Assembly: GCA_005222975.1 (NCBI GenBank)
Contig: NJBI01000026.1
Coordinates: 1-47,185 of the forward strand
DNA length: 47,185 nucleotides
Source of the DNA: Promethearchaeota archaeon Loki_b31
Lineage (GTDB): Archaea; Asgardarchaeota; Lokiarchaeia; Sigyniarchaeales; SOKP01
Reading direction: 5' to 3'
The stretch's first letter is position 1; the number at the start of each line of letters is the position of its first letter. This document shows positions 18,434-28,288 of the stretch, piece by piece. A program made the translations under genes and the position numbers. Under the pieces are notes generated by a model. It saw only the letters and a list, made by a program, of their open reading frames with translations, made no database searches and was not told the DNA's origin.

Positions 18434-21400
18434 TTACAAGTTGTACTTATCCTTTCCATAAAACAAATCAGGATAAAACGGTTCAAATTTCTCGTTAAAC
18501 AACTTGTGATTCCGCCATTTTTTATCTTTATCGTTCCAAATAAGATTAATTAAAGGATTGTAAGTCTCTAATAATTTCAACTCTTTAAATGTTGATTTAA
18601 TTAAGTTTTTTCCGTCAACTAAATCGTTTAGAACAAGGTAATGATCGATTTCCAAATATTCAAAAATTAGATCGAAAAGCTTCTCAAATTCATCGAGTTG
18701 ACAATCTGGTAAGCGTAATTTTATCATCATTCCGTTCTCAAACTTTATCACTTCGTCAAATCCGTGAATAAAATACTCCCCTTCTACTTCATAAATGAAA
18801 CCAACATTAAAAAAGCTGAAGATTTTAATTATTGTCTTGTTTAGCTCTTGTTTCACATTCGGTAAAATAATAGTTATTTCTTCGATTAAATCTAAGTTTT
18901 TAATGGAGATATAAGGAAAAATCAATCCTTTTTTCAATAGTTCAGTTATACTATCAATTATTTTAAAGTAGCGTCTTGTTAAATAAGATTTAATATCTAA
19001 CGATTGCCTATTATAAATTTGAGACAACGCTTTAAATTCGGGGGAATCAGGACCAAAATAATCGGAAACGTTCAAATCTCCAATATTAAATTCTTTCATA
19101 TCTGGAATTTGAACTTTATAATCGGCGTTAAACAATATGTTTTGAAAGTAGATTTTGAATCGATTTGGGTCGAGATCCCAACCATCTGAACTCAAATTGT
19201 AATTAAAATGTAGTATCTGATAAATCTTTTTAATGAAAAATAGACAATATTCTCTAATGATTTTCTTCGATTTAGTTAACCAATTTAAATATGGAGATAT
19301 ACCAGGATTGCGATAAGGAGAAATATACTGGAATAAAAAAGAATTAGAGTTATCAATCTGTGCTGGATAACTAATTGATTGGAAGGCGTTGTTCATTAAA
19401 AGTTTGAAATCAATGTTATTAATATCTGTTGGATAGAAATACAATAAATACTGGCTCATACCAAAATTATGAAACGAAGGTATAAAATCAATTGATCTAA
19501 TATAGTTTTTGAAGAAAAATTTTTCTTGGGATTCTTTAAACTCACTAAGATTTAGTAAATTTTCTTTTAACCTATTATGGAATTTGAAAAGATCATTTAA
19601 TTTATTAACACTTAAATTTACATTTTCTGCATTAATACGGTCTTCAACAGAATCAATCAAATTAGAGATGTCTTCCTCTTTTGACCAAAATATATTATGC
19701 TGTATAGTTTGGGTTTCTGAGAGTGGTTTTTGTACTTCACCAAGAATACTTCTAACATTTAGGAAAAACTGCTCAAAAAGATCTTTTGTGTAAAAAAATT
19801 CTTTTTGCTCTAAATCGTAAAAATCCTTCCTTGAAAAAGCTTTTTGAAAACCACTCCACATATATCTTTTAATACTTATCAAATTTTTATTAAAGATATT
19901 AGTGATTGTTGAAATCAGGATTCTTTTTTCTTCGTTATTTAAGTAGGGAAGAAATAGTCCAACATAAAGTATATTATTAAAACCAATCACCATTTTTTTT
20001 GTTATATAAGACACTTTTTTAAGATTTTCTACAGTTTCCGTATTATTTTTTAGTAATAAAATAAAGTATTGTACCATAGAGAGTTGGATATTGACACTTA
20101 AATTAGGTTGTATTACAGGAGGATCGTTATTCAGATAATTTTCAAGTTTGTCTTCAATCAACTGGTAAGTTATTTCGGATAATTTATAGCTTTCATATGA
20201 CTTTTTTAATTTTTTTTCCTTTGATTTGAAAATTGTATCTAATAATGACTTATTTTTTGTTATCATACAAATAGAATGTAAGTTAAAAATCTTCAGATCA
20301 TAACACGAGCTAAAAATTTTATAGAAATTGTCAAATTTGTTAATTTCTTCTTCAAAACTCTCTTTAGATTTAAAATTCATTGGGAGGAATTCGTTAAATA
20401 TTGTCTTTCTAATCTGAGAAGTGTTAAAAATAATATTACTTTCAATTGAAGATGAGACCCCTTGTCTTTTAATATGTTCAAGAAGTTCGAAGACGCTATT
20501 GATAAAAGGATTCTTATTTAGAATTTCCTTAATTAAATCAAAGATAACAATATACTTATGGAGCATATTTTTAATATAAAAAAATCCAAATGAATCGTTT
20601 ATTTTTAAAAAATCTAAAAAAGTGTCTCTGAGTTTTGGTGATGAGTGAATGATTGACAAATTAGATTTTAGATCGTCTATAAATTTCCTTTGGCTAATTA
20701 CCTCGTTAATAAGATCTGACTTCAATAATTCAAGAGTTCCGGCTCTTCTTTCGAAATTAAATCCTGTTTGTGAAAAATAACGAATTCTATCAATTATTAA
20801 CCAATCGAGAAGTGATAGATTTGATTTATATCCTCCTTGTCCATAATCTAGAGAACTATGTAATTCATACTTTTTGTCGTATAATTTAAACTCTTTATTA
20901 ACTATGGCTTTTTTATTATGATGTTCTAGAAAATAATTTAAATTAACAAAGAATTCAGCCTTTTCAAACATTGTCCAATTAATTTGAAGAACATAACCTA
21001 GATCTTCGAATCTCTCAAAGAATCTTTTTATATCATTAAAGTATTGTTTTGGTATAACGAAAAAACCATCTATTTCAGAGCCGTAACTATTTCCACATTT
21101 TCTTAGAAGAAGAAAGAAGGGCATCTCATTAATGACTTGGTTTATTCTTGACCTTTTTAATGATGGGTTAAATTTGATGTGGCAACTAATTGAGTAAATA
21201 CATAATGCTGACCAATTTATGATATAACTTGGGGATAAATAACTAAATTCTTTAACCCATTGCATATTTTCTGTAAATTTGTTAAGACTCAGATGGGTTT
21301 GAATGAATCCATTTTCTTTGAATACCATAAAGTAATGCTGATAGTCCAATAATGCCTTATAATACTGAACTTCATCGAAAATTTTAACGAGAACTCTTAT

Positions 21401-22045
21401 AGTTTCTAGTATATCATCATCATATAAGGATTTAGAGGAAATGAGGAGATATTCTTTAAAAAAAGCGTCATAGAAATCATATTCTTTTTCACTAATAATT
21501 TGGATATTTCTTCTAATATATTTAAAGAAAAATATAAATGGGCTATCAACATTTTCTGTACTCTCACGTTTTAGAAAAATGTATAAACGGTTGTACATCC
21601 TCGAAATGAATTCATAATCAATTATTTTATTTCTTGTGAGCAAATCCCATTCTTTTATAGATATTAACTTTTTGAGATCGATTGACACTTTTTGATTAAT
21701 GAAAATATAAATAGTTTTCAATTGGGATGCAAGTGGAGGAATAAAACATTTATATGCCTCCCTTAGTAAAATTATTGGAACAAATTTATAAAAATCGTGG
21801 TAAATATGAATATTAAGAATCTTATTTTCATAAAATCTGTCAACTCCAATTGAGAAAAGATCAGTTTGTATTTTTGAATCAACCTTTTCTTCACCCTTAA
21901 CGGATATATTAATTCTACAATCAATTGGTTCTAAATTGAGATACGATTCAATTTCTTGAATTAATTTATTAAAAAAAGAATCTATATTTTCTACCAATCT
22001 TTCTATTGGAGTATTGAGTAAAAAATCAATATTTAGCTTTCTCAT
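18434..22045 (-). CDS. 1,203-aa hypothetical protein with repeated wHTH/Lrp-AsnC-like modules
   Basis: Long ORF; AsnC-like segments such as ITELLKKGLIFPYISIKNLDLIEEITIIL. Domain call by eye only. Confidence 0.7.
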   Translation of the reverse strand: MRKLNIDFLLNTPIERLVENIDSFFNKLIQEIESYLNLEPIDCRINISVKGEEKVDSKIQTDLFSIGVDRFYENKILNIHIYHDFYKFVPIILLREAYKCFIPPLASQLKTIYIFINQKVSIDLKKLISIKEWDLLTRNKIIDYEFISRMYNRLYIFLKRESTENVDSPFIFFFKYIRRNIQIISEKEYDFYDAFFKEYLLISSKSLYDDDILETIRVLVKIFDEVQYYKALLDYQHYFMVFKENGFIQTHLSLNKFTENMQWVKEFSYLSPSYIINWSALCIYSISCHIKFNPSLKRSRINQVINEMPFFLLLRKCGNSYGSEIDGFFVIPKQYFNDIKRFFERFEDLGYVLQINWTMFEKAEFFVNLNYFLEHHNKKAIVNKEFKLYDKKYELHSSLDYGQGGYKSNLSLLDWLIIDRIRYFSQTGFNFERRAGTLELLKSDLINEVISQRKFIDDLKSNLSIIHSSPKLRDTFLDFLKINDSFGFFYIKNMLHKYIVIFDLIKEILNKNPFINSVFELLEHIKRQGVSSSIESNIIFNTSQIRKTIFNEFLPMNFKSKESFEEEINKFDNFYKIFSSCYDLKIFNLHSICMITKNKSLLDTIFKSKEKKLKKSYESYKLSEITYQLIEDKLENYLNNDPPVIQPNLSVNIQLSMVQYFILLLKNNTETVENLKKVSYITKKMVIGFNNILYVGLFLPYLNNEEKRILISTITNIFNKNLISIKRYMWSGFQKAFSRKDFYDLEQKEFFYTKDLFEQFFLNVRSILGEVQKPLSETQTIQHNIFWSKEEDISNLIDSVEDRINAENVNLSVNKLNDLFKFHNRLKENLLNLSEFKESQEKFFFKNYIRSIDFIPSFHNFGMSQYLLYFYPTDINNIDFKLLMNNAFQSISYPAQIDNSNSFLFQYISPYRNPGISPYLNWLTKSKKIIREYCLFFIKKIYQILHFNYNLSSDGWDLDPNRFKIYFQNILFNADYKVQIPDMKEFNIGDLNVSDYFGPDSPEFKALSQIYNRQSLDIKSYLTRRYFKIIDSITELLKKGLIFPYISIKNLDLIEEITIILPNVKQELNKTIIKIFSFFNVGFIYEVEGEYFIHGFDEVIKFENGMMIKLRLPDCQLDEFEKLFDLIFEYLEIDHYLVLNDLVDGKNLIKSTFKELKLLETYNPLINLIWNDKDKKWRNHKLFNEKFEPFYPDLFYGKDKYNL

Positions 22046-22319
22046 CTAATATCTTTGGAAATTTAGAATTATAAATCTATTTGGTATAACCACTTATATA
22101 TTTTTTTATACCGTTAATTTTTAAATTTAATGACTTCTTGCTATAAATTAAACTATTTAAACTACAATTACATCTCAATTTCTTTTCTTTTAGTTTAAAT
22201 ATGAGATTAATTATATACTTTTGATATATAAAAGTATAAGAAATACGATACTGGTATTGAATATCATTTCAATCATTTTATGTATTAGATTAGTAAAAAA
22301 ATTATTGAGGTAAAGTAAG

Positions 22320-22420
22320 ATGGCCCCCGGGTGTGGGAATATTATACCCTAAATGTTTATCCCGCTTAAGGTTATTGAATAACCTAAAGTGCGGGAAAAC
22401 TATATTTTTTCTCTTTTTTT
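22320..22420 (+). promoter_or_regulatory. GC-rich two-hairpin element with tiny ORFs followed by a U-rich tract (candidate sRNA, leader or attenuator)
   Basis: Stem GGGTGTG/TATACCC (22329-22349, with G-U pairs); stem CCCGC..AGGTTA/TAACCT..GCGGG (22361-22395); T-tracts to ~22420. Confidence 0.45.
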
Positions 22421-22578
22421 GTAAGCATGATGGAAGATATCTGGCTCAATATTAATAATTTTCTTTTGCTGATTATTATAGCTTTCTAAGACATCATAAA
22501 ACTATTTATTGTGTAGTTTATTAAACCCGTTTTATATTTATAAGAGATTAAAACAAAATTAAAAATCTAACCGATATA

Positions 22579-23916
22579 ATGAAGTGTTTAAAAACTAGTT
22601 CGAATGTTTTAGTATTGGACTTAAAAGAAATAGCAAGAATAAAAAAACGGAATTACATCAGTTTTTTTATTATTTATTTCACCCTAAGTATAATACAGAT
22701 TTATTTAGCTGTTTATTTACCCCTTTATTTGCTAAACATACGTTTAGTGGTAAGGAGTGAACTGGCATTCATACAAGTTCTTGCTTTTTCAGTATTATTC
22801 TTAGATCCCGTTCTAGGATTTTCATTCGATAAATATGTGAAAAACAAAAAGATTATAATCTCATTCTCTATACTATTATTTCTAATTAGCTTTTTTGTAT
22901 CAATCTTTTCAAGCAACTACTTACCTATTTTTGGTATATTTTTAGCTTTAAATCTACTAAGTCAAGGAATTATAAAGGTAGGCATTAGTAAAATGATAAT
23001 CGATCTTTCTGCAAATGAAATTATCAAGGATAATAATTTAGTAACTATTAATATATCCTCAAATATCGGCTCGTTTATACCTTCTATTGTTTTTCTTTTT
23101 GTATTAAGCGATCTTTTTGATTTAAATCATTGGAATATGTTTTTTTTAATTGGAGTTTTATCATCTCTACCCATGCTTTTATCAATCATTTTCCTAAAAG
23201 ATTTCGGTAATAGTTTAATAAAAAAAAAAGAACTTCAAAATGAAGTTATGAATTCGCCGAAAGCGTCGCCTTTTAATTTTATCTTTCTATTCTCATCATA
23301 TTTATTAATCTGGAGCGACAAACTATACCAATTTCCGTTCTCTTCTTGGATCTTGACTAAATTTGGGCAACAGAGTTTCAACTTATATTCTATATCTTAT
23401 ATCGTATTTGTATTGTTAAATATTTCAGGATGGATTATTGGGCAAAAAATTTCCAAAAGAGAAAATAGAAAATTTAAAATGTTCATTTCAGAGAAGAAGA
23501 AAACCTCCGCTCTTGATAGCACACTTATTCAAGAAAAATTAATGTTTTCTTTTAAAATAAAAAAAAGAAAGAAGATTATCATTATTACAGTAGGAATTTA
23601 CATCTTTTTAACTTTCATAATGGCTTTCTCTGATTTCTTCCTAATGATGATTGTACAAGGAATAATTCAAGTCTTAGCAGGCATATTTCTGTTGAATTAT
23701 ATTTCTTTAATGATGACAATTGTGAATAACGGAAAACACAAAACTTTTTATTTCCAATGTTTAAAACTATCATACGCGTTTTCTTGTGTAATCTTCATTC
23801 CATTAGGAACCTATTTCTCTGATTTTATTCCGATTGAGACCTTAATTTTAATCGCTGGAATGCTATCAACCTTAGCATTAGCTCCTTTGATATTGTTAAA
23901 AGATAAACCCAAATAG
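22579..23916 (+). CDS. Major facilitator superfamily transporter
   Basis: About 12 hydrophobic segments, G-x3-D-K loop (PVLGFSFDKY), central hydrophilic loop. Confidence 0.75.
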   Translation: MKCLKTSSNVLVLDLKEIARIKKRNYISFFIIYFTLSIIQIYLAVYLPLYLLNIRLVVRSELAFIQVLAFSVLFLDPVLGFSFDKYVKNKKIIISFSILLFLISFFVSIFSSNYLPIFGIFLALNLLSQGIIKVGISKMIIDLSANEIIKDNNLVTINISSNIGSFIPSIVFLFVLSDLFDLNHWNMFFLIGVLSSLPMLLSIIFLKDFGNSLIKKKELQNEVMNSPKASPFNFIFLFSSYLLIWSDKLYQFPFSSWILTKFGQQSFNLYSISYIVFVLLNISGWIIGQKISKRENRKFKMFISEKKKTSALDSTLIQEKLMFSFKIKKRKKIIIITVGIYIFLTFIMAFSDFFLMMIVQGIIQVLAGIFLLNYISLMMTIVNNGKHKTFYFQCLKLSYAFSCVIFIPLGTYFSDFIPIETLILIAGMLSTLALAPLILLKDKPK

Positions 23917-23933
23917 AAGTTATTTTGAATAAG

Positions 23934-23956
23934 ATGCGAATTTTTTTTTTTCGCAT
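23934..23956. terminator. Hairpin with poly-T run after the MFS gene; probable terminator
   Basis: ATGCGAA/TTCGCAT inverted repeat around an 11-T run. Confidence 0.4.
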
Positions 23957-24087
23957 GCATAATTCTTATAAATAAATTATAGTGTCGAATTTCAAAAAAC
24001 CAAATTTTAATTGTAAAATTAGACTAAACTAAATATTATATTTTAAAATTTAATTATTTTAAAGAGAACAAATTTGGAGAAAGTGAA

Positions 24088-25542
24088 ATGGCAAGACCCA
24101 GCCCGTTAGAAATTTATGCGCTTTTAGATAGAAGTAATTGTAAAGACTGTGGTAGAGACACATGCATGGCCTTTGCAACAGATTTGCTTGAAAGAAAGGT
24201 TATAGTACAAGATTGCACACATCTTATGCAAGATCCTAAACAGGCAAAAAAACGCGATAAATTAATAAAAATTGTGACACCTCCGCAAAAACCAGTTAAT
24301 ATTGGAGTAGGTGACCGCAAATGTATAATTGGTGGAGAAGAGGTCCTAAATAGGCATTCTCTGACGTTTTATAATGAAACACAAATTTTTATGCAAATTG
24401 CGGACGATGATCCTGATTTAGAAGAAATTGCTAAATATTTAACCGACCTTAAGATTGAAAGAATGGGGGAGGTTCTTAGAGTTAACGGTATTACGCTAAG
24501 ATGCGTATCTGGAGACGCTGAGCAATTTAAACTCGCTGCTAAGAAATTAACAGAGGCTTCAGATCTTCCCGTAATGTTAGCGTGTTTGAATCCAGACATT
24601 TTGGTAGCTGCTGCTGAAGTTATTAAAGATAAAAAACCGTTGCTTTACGCCGTAACCAAAGATTCATGGGAACAGATTGGAAAATTTGCCGTAGAGAATA
24701 ATTTGCCCGTAGCGGCCGTTTCAAGCGATTTAGACGAATTGATGTCTTTAAGTGCCACCTTACAGAAGTTAGGCGTGACAGGTATAGTGTTAGACGCTAT
24801 GACCGTTTTTGGTCCAGGCAATGTAGCATTAACTTACGATAATATAATGCAATTGAGAATTGCTGCTATTGATAAAGGAGCCGTTAATGCAGGTTGGCCC
24901 ATTATGGGAGTTCCCGCTGCTTATTGGAGTCAAGTGAAAACTGACGATGATAAGGAACTCTGGGAGCATCAATATCAAGAAATTATTATGGGAGCGATCA
25001 TGCAATCAATTGATTGCAGTCTCATCATTATGCATAGCGGTAAAAGAAAAGAAGATATTTGGGCTCTTCTGGCAATGATGACATTAAGACAGAGTATATT
25101 CAGCGATCCTCGTATTTATCCCGCTGTGGATGCTGGAATATACATAATTGGAGAGCCAACAGATAAATCTCCTATTTTTGTGACTTCAAATTATAGACTT
25201 ACTAAGATTCCTGTTGAGATCGATATCAAAGGGGCAAATTTAGACGCTTGGCTTTTGGTTGTAGATTCTGAAGGTATAGGAATTGAATCAGCCGTCGCAG
25301 GAGGGCAATTTAACGCAGGATCTATTGCTGAAACAGTAAAAGAATTTAAAATGTTTGAAAAGGTTAATCATCGGATCTTGATTATTCCAGGTATGGCTGC
25401 GCGATTGAGTGGGGCTCTAGAAGACGAAGCAGATGCCTTTGTTGTTGTAGGGCCAAGAGATAGTTCTGGAATTGGCAAATACATAAAGGAACAATGGAAT
25501 CCCGAAGAATTTATGAAACAATACGAAGAAATGAAAGAATAA
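24088..25542 (+). CDS. cdhE: Acetyl-CoA decarbonylase/synthase gamma subunit (corrinoid Fe-S protein large subunit)
   Basis: N-terminal NCKDCGRDTCMAFA...C cluster motif, IGGEEVL.RH, LRQSIFSDP, VTSNY.LT, IIPGMAARLSG, VGPRDSS. Confidence 0.93.
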   Translation: MARPSPLEIYALLDRSNCKDCGRDTCMAFATDLLERKVIVQDCTHLMQDPKQAKKRDKLIKIVTPPQKPVNIGVGDRKCIIGGEEVLNRHSLTFYNETQIFMQIADDDPDLEEIAKYLTDLKIERMGEVLRVNGITLRCVSGDAEQFKLAAKKLTEASDLPVMLACLNPDILVAAAEVIKDKKPLLYAVTKDSWEQIGKFAVENNLPVAAVSSDLDELMSLSATLQKLGVTGIVLDAMTVFGPGNVALTYDNIMQLRIAAIDKGAVNAGWPIMGVPAAYWSQVKTDDDKELWEHQYQEIIMGAIMQSIDCSLIIMHSGKRKEDIWALLAMMTLRQSIFSDPRIYPAVDAGIYIIGEPTDKSPIFVTSNYRLTKIPVEIDIKGANLDAWLLVVDSEGIGIESAVAGGQFNAGSIAETVKEFKMFEKVNHRILIIPGMAARLSGALEDEADAFVVVGPRDSSGIGKYIKEQWNPEEFMKQYEEMKE

Positions 25543-25589
25543 CTTAATTCTTTTTATACTTTTTTTATTATTTTTAATCAGTTTTTACT

Positions 25590-26255
25590 TTACAATAAGG
25601 AATAAATTAAGTTAGGTTTTAACTCCTTAATGCTCTTTAATATTAGAGTTTTTGTAGTGTTATTTTTTTGCAATTCAATGGCTGAATGGTGTCCTGTTAA
25701 TACACCAATGAAGGGTGCGCGTAGATTTTCGGCAAGAGCTTTATCTTTAGGATGGTCGCCAATAATCAAGATAAAAAAGCCTTTATATTTATTCAATAAA
25801 TAAAATTTCAGATTAGGGTCTAGTTTGCTCTTGATATTTTCGCTTTCGCCTAAGATATATGCGAAATAGCTAAAAATTCCTAAGTACTTTATAATTCTAA
25901 CCGCCATTTCTTGCTTCTTTGAAGTTATCACGCCCAGGGTAAAAGATTTTTGTTTCAGTTCGTCTAATTTTTCTCTAACTCCAGGCAATAGGGTTGCTTG
26001 GTAAATCCCTTTTTTTCCGTAATATTCGCGGAAAGCGGTTGATAACTTTTTTGGATTAATATTAGAAATTTCTTCAAACATGTCATCTAAAGGCGTACCA
26101 ATCATTTTTTCTATTCTGTTTCTTTCGAGGGCTGGAAGATTATATCTTTTCAAGGCATAGTTGAACGAATTAACGATCCCTTCTCTATTATCGATTAGCG
26201 TGTTATCTAAATCAAAACTTAAAAGAATTTTTTTATGATCTTTAATATCTTTCAT
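25590..26255 (-). CDS. HAD-family hydrolase (phosphoglycolate phosphatase-like)
   Basis: FDLDNTLID, LGVITSK, IIGDHPKD, GVLTG. Confidence 0.85.
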   Translation of the reverse strand: MKDIKDHKKILLSFDLDNTLIDNREGIVNSFNYALKRYNLPALERNRIEKMIGTPLDDMFEEISNINPKKLSTAFREYYGKKGIYQATLLPGVREKLDELKQKSFTLGVITSKKQEMAVRIIKYLGIFSYFAYILGESENIKSKLDPNLKFYLLNKYKGFFILIIGDHPKDKALAENLRAPFIGVLTGHHSAIELQKNNTTKTLILKSIKELKPNLIYSLL

Positions 26256-26338
26256 AAATTATGGCAAAAAAATTATAATTCGTTGATATAATTATATATT
26301 GTTTCAATTTTTATAGAAATGTATAAAAATTCGTCAAT

Positions 26339-27991
26339 TTAAGGCGGGAATTTGTATCCTTTAAATAATTTAAGAAGGTACTTTATTTCTTCTGAACCTT
26401 GAACGATGCGTTGGAGATCGTATGGGAAATTTTTTAATTCCACTTCTTTTCCCTCCGATGCCCACTCTATAATCAATTTAACTAATTCTTTGTATTTATT
26501 TACCGTATTTCCCTCTAATTCGACTTCAGAAATGATTTCTAACGCTTTGCTATTCTTACCATTAAGAATCGAAGAAATGGCTGCCAGAACATAAGATTGG
26601 ACGATGTGAGAATGGCCTATCTTTTTTAAATTAGCGGCTCTATAGTAATACCTGTAGACATTTTTCACCATTTCGTTAACGAGAAAATCTTTAGCAGTAT
26701 CAAGTTGTTGATAGAATTTGATGCTTTCCATAATCAGAGTAGCTGCAGTATAGAATTGTTTATTTTTCAATCCATCTTTAGCTATTATGGTTAAGCCTCT
26801 AACAATTTGATTGAAAATGCCAAACCTATTGTATTCTAAGCCACCCTCAACTGCTATATCGTAGGCGTTTAAATAACTCTCCGTTGAATCGTTTACATTC
26901 TCAGTTTTCCAGTAGTTATCTCCTGCTTTTACATAGTTCTTATATGCCATCTCTAAATTGTTTAATTCTTTAAAAGTCACCGCAGCATTAAAGAAATTTG
27001 TAGCGGCTTCGTTATAATCCTTAACCTTTTCAGAATAGTTTCCAGCTAAAACAAAACAAGAAGCGGATTCAATTAAATTGTTATTGATTTCTTTATAACA
27101 TAACGCCGCACCACGATAATACGTTGCTATTTTATGATAATTTCCCTCGTTTTTCTCTAGTCTTTCTGCTAAATTAATATATGCGCCAGCTTCTTTTTTT
27201 GAATAACTAATGAATTGTTCTTCTTCATTTATGAGTTGATAGAGCGATTTTAATACTTGTGAAATTTGAGAAATTGCTAGATTATCATTTTTTTGTTCAA
27301 AAGTCTGAAAAAGATGTGCAAAAAACTCGATTCCGTCGTAAATTATGTCATTTGATTTATTTATCTCGTCTAATTCCTGATAGCACGACGCAACTTGCTT
27401 ATAGGAATACGAGAGCAAATCAAAATATTGATAATCCTTTGCTATATTTATAACATTTAAGTAAAATTTTTTTGCATTTTTGATATCCTGGGTTTTTAAA
27501 TACAACTCAGCGATGTTTTCGTAATTTTGAGCGAGCTTCCTAATATCATCGAAATCCTTTAATATTTTACTTTCCTGTTTTAAAAAATTGATACTATTCA
27601 AGAGATTTTTTTTATATAATTTAGAATCTTTAAGTTTTTCGTAGAGTTCAGCAATTCTTAAGAAAGTTTCAGCCACCTCATGCAATTTTCCTTGAAGCTT
27701 AAAGGAACTTATCTGTTTTTCCCAGAATTTAATAATTAATTTATTCAACTTGGTTGACTGAAAAAAAGCTATGCTTTCTAATAATTCCGTTACGGAAAAA
27801 AGAAGTTCACCAGCTTCAAAAAATTCTCCAGATTCAGCGGTTTCATTCGCAATTATAATAGAATCTTCAATTGCATTTTGAATTATGTGGTTTTTTTTCT
27901 TCTCGTCCTTAAGATTTCCAAGTTCCATTAAAGAATCTCTTATTTTTTCGAGGTAATCGCTGTAATCGCTAAAGGTATCCTCTTGAAGAAT
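26339..27991 (-). CDS. TPR/alpha-solenoid protein with SNAP-like repeats (529 aa from ATG 27928; 550 aa from proposed ATT start at 27991)
   Basis: Repeating A..Y/F..AA/AG..Y helices, e.g. EAATNFFNAAVTFKELNNLEMAYKNYVKAGDNY; open 21-codon upstream extension. Confidence 0.75.
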   Translation of the reverse strand: MLQEDTFSDYSDYLEKIRDSLMELGNLKDEKKKNHIIQNAIEDSIIIANETAESGEFFEAGELLFSVTELLESIAFFQSTKLNKLIIKFWEKQISSFKLQGKLHEVAETFLRIAELYEKLKDSKLYKKNLLNSINFLKQESKILKDFDDIRKLAQNYENIAELYLKTQDIKNAKKFYLNVINIAKDYQYFDLLSYSYKQVASCYQELDEINKSNDIIYDGIEFFAHLFQTFEQKNDNLAISQISQVLKSLYQLINEEEQFISYSKKEAGAYINLAERLEKNEGNYHKIATYYRGAALCYKEINNNLIESASCFVLAGNYSEKVKDYNEAATNFFNAAVTFKELNNLEMAYKNYVKAGDNYWKTENVNDSTESYLNAYDIAVEGGLEYNRFGIFNQIVRGLTIIAKDGLKNKQFYTAATLIMESIKFYQQLDTAKDFLVNEMVKNVYRYYYRAANLKKIGHSHIVQSYVLAAISSILNGKNSKALEIISEVELEGNTVNKYKELVKLIIEWASEGKEVELKNFPYDLQRIVQGSEEIKYLLKLFKGYKFPP

Positions 27992-28004
27992 CTAAAATCA
28001 ACCC

Positions 28005-28045
28005 TATAAATAATACTTAGATTTATAAATAATACTTAGATTTAT
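28005..28045. repeat. 19-bp perfect tandem duplication containing a TATA-like box
   Basis: TATAAATAATACTTAGATT at 28005-28023 and 28024-28042. Confidence 0.85.
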
Positions 28046-28288
28046 GCAATAAAATTTTTTAACTAATAAAAAATAATGGTTTTTCTGAAAAATAGAAAAG
28101 TTTTTGGTTTTACAATTACAAAATCCATTTTATCGGACATAACCCAGAACCCAGTTATAACCATTAAGTTAAAAGCCTATAGTATTAAATCTTAATATTT
28201 TTTGATTTCTTGAATTAATTATAAATAGTTGAATGGTTTTATTTATCATAGTTAAAATCAATAAATTAAAATTAGATGTGATTCTAAA

